Part shown: positions 54,340 through 64,000 of the stretch, in pieces
How the letters are laid out: every line of letters begins with the position of its first letter
Numbering within the stretch: position 1 is the stretch's first letter
NCBI GenBank assembly: GCA_964016885.1
Contig: CAXHJY010001426.1
Span: 117,001 to 181,000, forward strand
DNA length: 64,000 nucleotides
Reading direction: 5' to 3'
Origin: Eledone cirrhosa
Taxonomy: Eukaryota
Program-made: the position numbers and the translations under genes
The notes under the pieces: model-generated
Database searches by the model: none
What the model was told of the DNA's origin: nothing
Seen by the model: only the letters and a program-made list of their open reading frames with translations

Positions 54340-55700
54340 AAAAATCAGGGGGAGATAATTTGTAAAAAAAAATCAGGGGGAGATAATTTGTTAAAAAATC
54401 AAGGGGAGATAATTTGCAGCCGTCCAAGGGGAGATAATTTTCAGCCGTCCAAGGAGAGGTAATTTCTAGCCGTCCAAGGGGAGATAATTTTAAAAAAAAA
54501 ATCAGGCGGAGATAATTTCTAAAAAAAAATCAGGGGGAGATGATTCGTAAAAAAAAATCAGGGGGAGATAATTTGTAAAAAAAAATCAGGGGGAGATAAT
54601 TTGTAAAAAAAATCAAGGGGAGATAATTTCCAGCCGTCCAAGGGGAGGTAATATCTAGCCGTCCAAGGGGAGATAATTTCCAGCCGTCCAAGGGGAGATA
54701 ATTTCCAGCCGTCCAAGGGGAGATAATTTCCAGCCGTCCAAGGGGATATAATTTCCAGCCGTCCAAGGGTAGATAATATCCAGCCGTCCAAGGAGACATA
54801 TTTTCCAGCCGTCCAAGGAGTGGTAATTTCTAGCCGTCCAAGGGGAGATAAATTCCAGCCTCCAAGGGGAGATAATTTCCAGCCAGCCAAGGGGAGATAA
54901 TTTGTAAAAAAATCAGGGGGAGATAATTTGTAAAAAAAATCAGGGTGAGATAATTTGTAAAAAAAAATCAGGGGGAGATAATTTGTAAAAAAAAATCAGG
55001 GGGAGATAATTTGTAAAAAAAAATCAGGGGGAGATAATTTGTAAAAAAAAATCAGGGGGAGATAATTTGTTAAAAAATCAAGGGGAGATAATTTGCAGCC
55101 GTCCAAGGGGAGATAATTTTCAGCCGTCCAAGGAGAGGTAATTTCTAGCCGTCCAAGGGGAGATAATTTAAAAAAAAAAATCAGGCGGAGATAATTTCTA
55201 AAAAAAAATCAGGGGGAGATGATTCGTAAAAAAAAATCAGGGGGAGATAATTTGTAAAAAAAAATCAGGGGGAGATAATTTGTAAAAAAAATCAAGGGGA
55301 GATAATTTCCAGCCGTCCAAGGGGAGGTAATATCTAGCCGTCCAAGGGGAGATAATTTCCAGCCGTCCAAGGGGAGATAATTTCCAGCCGTCCAAGGGGA
55401 GATAATTTCCAGCCGTCCAAGGGGATATAATTTCCAGCCGTCCAAGGGTAGATAATATCCAGCCGTCCAAGGAGACATATTTTCCAGCCGTCCAAGGAGA
55501 GGTAATTTCTAGCCGTCCAAGGGGAGATAAATTCCAGCCTCCAAGGGGAGATAATTTCCAGCCAGCCAAGGGGAGATAATTTGTAAAAAAATCAGGGGGA
55601 TATAATTTGTAAAAAAAATCAGGGTGAGATAATTTGTAAAAAAAAATCAGGGGGAGATAATTTGTAAAAAAAAATCAGGGGTAGATAATTTGTAAAAAAA
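54340..55700 (+). repeat. Tandem duplication, period 679 bp
   Basis: Offset 679 for ORFs 54530/55209 and 54558/55237. Variants ATAATTTCTAAAA and GATGATTCGT are present in both copies. Confidence 0.9.
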
Positions 55701-58389
55701 AATCAGGGGGAGATAATTTGTAAAAAAACCAAGGGGAGATAATTTCCAGCCGTCCAAGGGGAGGTAATATCTAGCCGTCCAAGGGGAGATAATTTCCAGC
55801 CGTCCAAGGGGAGATAATTTCCAGCCGTCCAAGGGGAGATAATTTCCAGCCGTCCAAGGAGACATATTTTCCAGCCGTCCAAGGCGAGGTAATTTCTAGC
55901 CGTCCAAGGGGAGATAAATTCCAGCCTCCAAGGGGAGATAATTTCCAGCCAGCCAAGGGGAGATAATTTGTAAAAAAATCAGGGGGAGATAATTTGTAAA
56001 AAATATCAGGGGGAGATAATTTGTAAAAAAAATCAGGGGGAGATAATTTGTAAAATAAAATCAGGGGGAGATAATTTGTAAAAAAAAATCAGGGGGAGAT
56101 AATTTGTAAAAAAAATCAAGGGGAGATAATTTCCAGCCGTCCAAGGGGAGATAATTTTCAGCTGTCCAAGGAGAGGTAATTTCTAGTCGTCCGAGGAGAG
56201 ATAATTTCCAGCCGTCCAAGGGGAGATAATTTCCAGCCGTCCCAGGGGAGATAATTTCCAGCCGTCCAAGGAGACATATTTTCCAGCAGTCCAAGGAGAG
56301 GTAATTTCTAACCGTCCAAGGGGAGATAAATTCCAGCCTCCAAGGGGAGATAATTTCCAGCCAGCCAAGGGGAGATAATTTGTAAAAAAAATCAGAGGGA
56401 GATAATTTGTAAAAAAAAATCAGGGGGAGATAATTTGTAAAAAATAATCAGGGGGAGATAATTTGTAAAAAAATCAAGGGGAGATAATTTCCAGCCGTCC
56501 AAGGGGAGATAATTTTCAGCCGTCCAAGGGGAGATAATTTCCCGCCAGCCAAGGGAAGATAATATTTAAAAAAATTAGGCGGAGATAATTTGTAAAAAAA
56601 ATCGGGGGGAGATAATTTGTAAAAAAATCAGGGGGAGATAATTTGTAAAAAAAATCAGGGGGAGATAATTTGTAAAAAAAATCAGGGGGAGATAATTTGT
56701 AAAAAAAAATCAGGGGTAGATAATTTGTAAAAAAAAATCAGGGGGAGATAATTTGTAAAAAAAAATCAGGGAGAGATAATTTGTAAAAAAAATCAGGGGG
56801 AGATAATTTGTAAAAAAAAATCAGGGGTAGATAATTTCCAGCCGTCCAAGGGGAGCTAATATCTAGCCGTCCAAGGGGAGATAATTTCCAGCCGTCCAAG
56901 GGGAGATAATTTCCAGCCGTCCAAGGGTAGATAATATCCAGCCGTCCAAGGACATATTTTCCAGCCGTCCAAGGAGAGGTAATTTCTAGCCGTCCAAGGG
57001 GAGATAAATTCCAGCCTCCAAGGGGAGATAATTTCCAGCCAGCTAAGGGGAGATAATTTGTAAAAAAATCAGGGGGAGATAATTTGTAAAAAAAATCAGG
57101 GGGAGATAATTTGTAAAAAAAAATCAGGGGGAGATAATTTGTAAAAAAAAATCAGGGGGAGATAATTTGTAAAAAAAAATCAGGGGGAGATAATTTGTAA
57201 AAAAAATCAAGGGGAGATAATTTCCAGCCGTCCAAGGGGAGATAATTTTCAGCCGTCCAAGGGGAGATAATTTCCCGCCAGCCAAGAGAAGATAATATTT
57301 TAAAAAATCAGGCGGAGATAATTTGTAAAAAAAATCAGGGGGAGATAATTTGTAAAAAAATCAGGGGGAGATAATTTGTAAAAAAAAATCAGGGGGAGAT
57401 AATTTGTAAAAAAAATCAAGGGGAGATAATTTCCAGCCGTCCAAGGGGAGGTAATATCTAGCTTTCCAAGGGGAGATAATTTCCAGCCGTCCAAGGGGAG
57501 ATAATTTCCACCCGTCCAAGGGTAGATAATATCCAGCCGTCCAAGGAGAAATATTTTCCAGCCGTCCAAGGAGAGGTAATTTCTAGCCGTCCAAAGGGAG
57601 ATAAATTCCAGCCTCCAAGGGGAGATAATTTCCAGCCAGCCAAGGGGAGATAATTTGTAAAAAAATCAGGGGGAGATAATTTGTTAAAAAAATCAGGGGC
57701 AGATAATTTGTAAAAAAAAATCAGGTGGAGATAATTTGTAAAAAAAAATCAGGGGGAGATAATTTGTAAAAAAAATCAGGGGGAGATAATTTGTAAAAAA
57801 AATCAAGGGGAGATAATTTCCAGCCGTCCAAGGGGAGATAATTTTCAGCTGTCCAAGGAGAGGTAATTTCTAGTCGTCCGAGGAGAGATAATTTCCAGCC
57901 GTCCAAGGGGAGATAATTTCCAGCCGTCCAAGGGGAGATAATTTCCAGCCGTCCAAGGAGACATATTTTCCAGCAGTCCAAGGAGAGGTAATTTCTAACC
58001 GTCCAAGGGGAGATAAATTCCAGCCTCCAAGGGGAGATAATTTCCAGCCAGCCAAGGGGAGATAATTTGTAAAAAAAATCAGAGGGAGATAATTTGTAAA
58101 AAAAAATCAGGGGGAGATAATTTGTAAAAAATAATCAGGGGGAGATAATTTGTAAAAAAATCAAGGGGAGATAATTTCCAGCCGTCCAAGGGGAGATAAT
58201 TTTCAGCCGTCCAAGGGGAGATAATTTCCCGCCAGCCAAGGGAAGATAATATTTAAAAAAATTAGGCGGATATAATTTGTAAAAAAAATCGGGGGGAGAT
58301 AATTTGTAAAAAAATCAGGGGGAGATAATTTGTAAAAAAAATCAGGGGGAGATAATTTGTAAAAAAAAATCAGGGGGAGATAATTTGTA

Positions 58390-61300
58390 AAAAAAATCAA
58401 GGGGAGATAATTTCCAGCCGTCCAAGGGGAGGTAATATCTAGCCGTCCAAGGGGAGATAATTTCCAGCCGTCTAAGGGGAGATAATTTCCACCCGTCCAA
58501 GGGTAGATAATATCCAGCCGTCCAAGGAGAAATATTTTCCAGCCGTCCAAGGAGAGGTAATTTCTAGCCGTCCAAGGGGAGATAAATTCCAGCCTCCAAG
58601 GGGAGATAATTTCCAGCCAGCCAAGGGGAGATAATTTGTAAAAAAATCAGGGGGAGATAATTTGTAAAAAAAATCAGGGGCAGATAATTTGTAAAAAAAA
58701 ATCAGGGGGAGATAATTTGTAAAAAAAAATCAGGGGGAGATAATTTGTAAAAAAAATCAGGGGGAGATAATTTCCAGCCGTCCAAGGGGAGATAATTTTC
58801 AGCCGTCCAAGGGGAGATAATTTCCCGCCAGCCAAGGGAAGATAATATTTAAAAAAATCAGGCGGAGATAATTTGTAAAAAAAATCAGGGGGAGATAATT
58901 TGTAAAAAAATCAGGGGGAGATAATTTGTAACAAAAAATCAGGGGGAGATAATTTGTAAAAAAAATCAGGGGGAGATAATTTGTAAAAAAATCAAGGGGA
59001 GATAATTTTCAGCCGTCCAAGGGGAGATAATTTTTGAAAAAATCAGGTGGAGATAATTTGTAAAAAAAATCAGGGGGAGATAATTTGTAAAAACAAAATC
59101 AAGGGCAGATAATTTCCAGCTGTCCAAGGGGAGATAATTTCCAGCCGTCCAAGGGGAGATAATTTCCAGCCGTCCAAGGGGAGATAATTTCCATCCTTCC
59201 AAGGGGATATAATTTCCAGCCGTCCAAGGGGAGATAATTTCCCGCCAGCCAAGGGAAGATAATTTTTAAAAAAATCAGGCGGAGATTGTAAAAAAAATCA
59301 GGGGGAGATAATTTGTAAAAAAATCAGGGGGAGATAATTTTAAAAAAAAAATCAGGGGGAGATAATTTGTAAAAAAAAATCAGGGGGAGATAATTTGTTA
59401 AAAAATCAAGGGGAGATAATTTGCAGCCGTCCAAGGGGAGATAATTTTCAGCCGTCCAAGGAGAGGTAATTTCTAGCCGTCCAAGGGGAGATAATTTCCA
59501 GCCGTCCAAGGGGAGATAATTTCCAGCCGTTCAAGGGGAGATAATTTTTTTTAAAAAATCAGGCAGAGATAATTTGTAAAAAAAAATCGGGGGGAGATAA
59601 TTCGTAAAAAAAAATCAGGGGGAGATAATTTGTAAAAAAAAATCAGGGGGAGATAATTTGTAAAAAAAATCAAGGGGAGATAATTTCCAGCCGTCCAAGG
59701 GGAGGTAATATCTAGCCGTCCAAGGGGAGATAATTTCCAGCCGTCCAAGGGGAGGTAATATCTAGCCGTCCAAGGGGAGATAATTTCCAGCCGTCCAAGG
59801 GGAGATAATTTCCAGCCGTCCAAGGGGAGATAATTTCCAGCCGTCCAAGGAGACATATTTTCCAGCCGTCCAAGGCGAGGTAATTTCTAGCCGTCTAAGG
59901 GGAGATAAATTCCAGCCTCCAAGGGGAGATAATTTCCAGCCAGCCAAGGGGAGATAATTTGTAAAAAAATCAGGGGGAGATAATTTGTAAAAAATATCAG
60001 GGGGAGATAATTTGTAAAAAAAAATCAGGGGGAGATAATTTGTAAAAAAAATCAGGGGGAGATAATTTGTAAAAAAAATCAAGTGGAGATAATTTCCAGC
60101 CGTCCAAGGGGAGATAATTTTCAGCTGTCCAAGGAGAGGTAATTTCTAGCCGTCCGAGGAGAGATAATTTCCAGCCGTCCAAGGGGAGATAATTTCCAGC
60201 CGTCCAAGGGGCGATAATTTCCAGCCGTCCAAGGAGACATATTTTCCAGCCGTCCAAGGAGAGGTAATTTCTAACCGTCCAAGGGGAGATAAATTCCAGC
60301 CTCCAAGGGGAGATAATTTCCAGCCAGCCAAGGGGAGATAATTTGTAAAAAAATCAGGGGGAGATAATTTGTAAAAAAAATCAGGGGGAGATAATTTGTA
60401 AAAAAAAATCAGGGGGAGATAATTTGTAAAAAATAATCAGGGGGAGATAATTTGTAAAAAAATCAAGGGGAGATAATTTCCAGCCGTCCAAGGAGAGATA
60501 ATTTTCACCCGTCCAAGGGGAGATAATTTCCCGCCAGCCAAGGGAAGATAATATTTAAAAAAATTAGGCGGAGATAATTTGTAAAAAAAATCACGGGGAG
60601 ATAATTTGTAAAAAAATCAGGGGGAGATAATTTGTAAACAAAATCAGGGGGAGATAATTTGTAAAAAAAATCAGGGGGAGATAATTTGTAAAAAAAATCA
60701 GGGGTAGATAATTTGTAAAAAAAAATCAGGGGGAGATAATTTGTAAAAAAAAATCAGGGGGAGATAATTTGTAAAAAAAATCAGGGAGAGCTAATTTGTA
60801 AAAAAAAATCAGGGGTAGATAATTTGTAAAAAAAAATCAGGGGGAGATAATTTGTAAAAAAAAATCAGGGGGAGATAATTTGTAAAAAAAAATCAGGGGG
60901 AGATAATTTGTAAAAAAAATCAAGGGGAGATAATTTCCAGCCGTCCAAGGGGAGGTAATATCTAGCCGTCCAAGGGGAGATAATTTCCAGCCGTCCAAGG
61001 GGAGATAATTTCCAGCCGTCCAAGGGTAGATAATATCCAGCCGTCCAAGGACATATTTTCCAGCCGTCCAAGGAGAGGTAATTTCTAGCCGTCCAAGGGG
61101 AGATAAATTCCAGCCTCCAAGGGGAGATAATTTCCAGCCAGCCAAGGGGAGATAATTTGTAAAAAAATCAGGGGGAGATAATTTGTAAAAAAAATCAGGG
61201 GGAGATAATTTGTAAAAAAAAATCAGGGGGAGATAATTTGTAAAAAAAATCAAGGGGAGATAATTTCCAGCCGTCCAAGGGGAGATAATTTTCAGCCGTC

Positions 61301-64000
61301 CAAGGGGAGATAATTTCCCGCCAGCCAAGGGAAGATAATATTTAAAAAAATTAGGCGGAGATAATTTGTAAAAAAAATCAGGGGGAGATAATTTGTAAAA
61401 AAATCAGGGGGAGATAATTTGTAAAAAAATCAAGGGGAGATAATTTCCAGCCGTCCAAGGGGAGGTAATATCTAGCCGTCCAAGGGGAGATAATTTCCAG
61501 CCGTCCAAGGGGAGATAATTTCCAGCCGTCCAAGGGTAGATAATATCCAGCCGTCCAAGGAGACATATTTTCCAGCCGTCCAAGGAGAGGTAATTTCTAG
61601 CCGTCCAAGGGGAGATAAATTCCAGCCTCCAAGGGGAGATAATTTCCAGCCAGCCAAGGGGAGATAATTTGTAAAAAAATCAGGGGGAGATAATTTGTAA
61701 AAAAAATCAGGGTGAGATAATTTGTAAAAAAAAATCAGGGGGAGATAATTTGTAAAAAAAAATCAGGGGGAGATAATTTGTAAAAAAAAATCAGGGGGAG
61801 ATAATTTGTAAAAAAAATCAAGGGGAGATAATTTCCAGCCGTCCAAGGGGAGATAATTTTCAGCCGTCCAAGGGGAGATAATTTCCCGCCAGCCAAGGGA
61901 AGATAATATTTAAAAAAATCAGGCGGAGATAATTTGTAAAAAAAATCAGGGGGAGATAATTTGTAAAAAAATCAAGGGGAGATAATTTCCAGCCGTCCAA
62001 GGGGAGATAATTTTTTTAAAAATCAGGTGGAGATAATTTGTAAAAAAAATCAGGGGGAGATAATTTGTAAAAACAAAATCAAGGGCAGATAATTTCCAGC
62101 CGTCCAAGGGGAGATAATTTCCAGCCGTCCAAGGGGAGATAATTTCCATCCTTCCAAGGGGATATAATTTCCAGCCGTCCAAGGGGAGATAATTTCCCGC
62201 CAGCCAAGGGAAGATAATTATTAAAAAAATCAGGCGGAGATTGTAAAAAAAATCAGGGGGGAGATAATTTGTAAAAAAATCAGGGGGAAATAATTTGTAA
62301 AAAAAAATCAGGGGGAGATAATTTGTAAAAAAAATCAGGGGGAGATAATTTGTAAAAAAAAATCAGGGGGAGATAATTTGTAAAAAAATTAGGCGTAGAT
62401 AATTTGTAAAAAAAAATCAGGGGGAGATAATTTGTAAAAAAAAATCAGGGGGAGATAATTTGTTAAAAAATCAAGGGGAGATAATTTGCAGCCGTCCAAG
62501 GGGAGATAATTTTCAGCCGTCCAAGGAGAGGTAATTTCTAGCCGTCCAAGGGGAGATAATTTCCAGCCGTCCAAGGGGAGATAATTTCCAGCCGTTCAAG
62601 GGGAGATAATTTTTAAAAAAAAATCAGGCGGAGATAATTTGTAAAAAAAAATCAGGGGGAGATAATTCGTAAAAAAAAATCAGGGGGAGATAATTTGTAA
62701 AAAAAAATCAGGGGGAGATAAATTGTAAAAAAAATCAAGGGGAGATAATTTCCAGCCGTCCAAGGGGAGGTAATATCTAGCCGTCCAAGGGGAGATAATT
62801 TCCAGCCGTCCAAGGGGAGATAATTTCCAGCCGTCCAAGGGTAGATAATATCCAGCCGTCCAAGGACATATTTTCCAGCCGTCCAAGGAGAGGTAATTTC
62901 TAGCCGTCCAAGGGGAGATAAATTCCAGCCTCCAAGGGGAGATAATTTCCAGCCAGCCAAGGGGAGATAATTTGTAAAAAAAATCAGGGGGAGATAATTT
63001 GTAAAAAAAATCAGGGGGAGATAATTTGTAAAAAAAAATCAGGGGGAGATAATTTGTAAAAAAAATCAAGGGGAGATAATTTCCAGCCGTCCAAGGGGAG
63101 ATAATTTTCAGCCGTCCAAGGGGAGATAATTTCCCGCCAGCCAAGGGAAGATAATATTTAAAAAAATTAGGCGGAGATAATTTGTAAAAAAAATCAGGGG
63201 GAGATAATTTGTAAAAAAATCAGGGGGAGATAATTTGTAAAAAAATCAAGGGGAGATAATTTCCAGCCGTCCAAGGGGAGGTAATATCTAGCCGTCCAAG
63301 GGGAGATAATTTCCAGCCGTCCAAGGGGAGATAATTTCCAGCCGTCCAAGGGTAGATAATATCCAGCCGTCCAAGGAGACATATTTTCCAGCCGTCCAAG
63401 GAGAGGTAATTTCTAGCCGTCCAAGGGGAGATAAATTCCAGCCTCCAAGGGGAGATAATTTCCAGCTAGCCAAGGGGAGATAATTTGTAAAAAAATCAGG
63501 GGGAGATAATTTGTAAAAAAAATCAGGGTGAGATAATTTGTAAAAAAAAATCAGGGGGAGATAATTTGTAAAAAAAAATCAGGGGGAGATAATTTGTAAA
63601 AAAAAATCAGGGGGAGATAATTTGTAAAAAAAATCAAGGGGAGATAATTTCCAGCCGTCCAAGGGGAGATAATTTTCAGCCGTCCAAGGGGAGATAATTT
63701 CCCGCCAGCCAAGGGAAGATAATATTTAAAAAAATCAGGCGGAGATAATTTGTAAAAAAAATCAGGGGGAGATAATTTGTAAAAAAATCAGGGGGAGATA
63801 ATTTGTAAAAAAAATCAGGGGGAGATAATTTGTAAAAAAAATCAGGGGGAGATAATTTGTAAAAAAATCAAGGGGAGATAATTTCCAGCCGTCCAAGGGG
63901 AGATAATTTTTTTAAAAATCAGGTGGAGATAATTTGTAAAAAAAATCAGGGGGAGATAATTTGTAAAAACAAAATCAAGGGCAGATAATTTCCAGCTGTC
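58390..64000 (+). repeat. Long-range copy of ~37330-42940 (offset 21,035-21,064)
   Basis: ORF pairs 37902/58966, 39802/60837, 40911/61946, 41589/62652 and 42225/63288. Shared variants TCAAGTGGAG, GGGGCGATA, TCACGGGG, GAGAGCTAAT and GATAATTATT. Confidence 0.9.

Larger units (their letters stand above)
42160..58190 (+). repeat. Long-range copy of ~960-13240, expanded by internal duplications
   Basis: ORF offsets step through 41,199 (1026/42225 to 3605/44804), 42,153 (4393/46546), 44,216 (6578/50794), 44,268 (10262/54530) and 44,947 (10700/55647 to 12923/57870). Confidence 0.88.
1..64000. repeat. Complex satellite array of two related monomers (25-bp type A and 26-29-bp type B) with higher-order organisation; extends beyond both window edges
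   Basis: Every stretch read decomposes into GGGGAGATAATTTCCAGCCGTCCAA or GGGGGAGATAATTTGT(A7-10)TCA or close variants, head-to-tail in one orientation. No unique sequence seen. Confidence 0.99.

Noticed and set aside
72-63473. Hundreds of minus-strand ORFs (60-181 aa; LDGWKLSP/LGRLEIISP/WTAGNYLP and PPDFFYKLS/PLIFFTNYL repeats)
   Set aside because: The reverse complement of the 25-bp A monomer lacks stop codons in all frames, so three monomers give a 25-aa cycle. ORFs overlap in different frames, mostly start at TTG, and are broken by A-tract length changes. There is no frame preservation, so they are not genes.
1-64000. CRISPR-like look (constant repeat plus variable spacer)
   Set aside because: The core is only 16 bp, the spacers are 9-13 bp and of two types, and there are no unique spacers, leader or cas genes.
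1-64000. Telomerase-type repeat (G-rich strand, 25-bp unit as in some budding yeasts)
   Set aside because: No similarity to telomere motifs I know. Two monomer types with inherited variants and kb-scale duplications indicate recombinational amplification, not templated addition. A subtelomeric location cannot be excluded.
1-64000. G-quadruplex array from G4-G5 runs in each monomer
   Set aside because: Loops between G-runs are ~21-24 nt, far beyond canonical 1-7-nt loops, so stable intramolecular G4 is not supported.
1-64000. Iteron array or origin, integron att sites, transposon termini, or a hidden unique insert
   Set aside because: No rep, integrase or transposase ORF, no inversion, and no non-repeat island was seen while reading through the window.
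1-64000. Pure sequencing artefact (concatemer or rolling-circle product)
   Set aside because: Hierarchically shared private variants and non-uniform nested periods fit an evolved array. Individual near-identical duplications could still be assembly errors.

Overview
The whole 64-kb window is one uninterrupted, single-orientation, non-coding tandem array (complex satellite DNA). It is built from two monomers sharing a 16-bp core, CA[A/G]GGGGAGATAATTT. Type A is GGGGAGATAATTTCCAGCCGTCCAA (25 bp, 52% GC). Type B is GGGGGAGATAATTTGT(A7-10)TCA (26-29 bp, about 30% GC). There are roughly 2,400-2,500 monomers (64,000/~26). A and B occur in alternating blocks, with diagnostic variant monomers in a fixed order forming about five recurring modules. 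These modules are nested in tandem duplications (about 386, 679, 955, 2,060, 2,544, 4,779 and 5,537 bp) and longer-range copies (12,230; about 21,000; 41,199-44,947 bp). I see no genes, RNA genes, mobile elements or unique sequence. The minus-strand ORFs are translations of the repeat. I do not recognise the satellite family or the organism; a eukaryotic centromeric or heterochromatic array is the most likely context, but that is inference. The notable features are the two-state 'constant core + alternative spacer' grammar and the readable history of array growth. Duplication offsets come from the ORF track and were spot-checked against private variants; boundaries are approximate.
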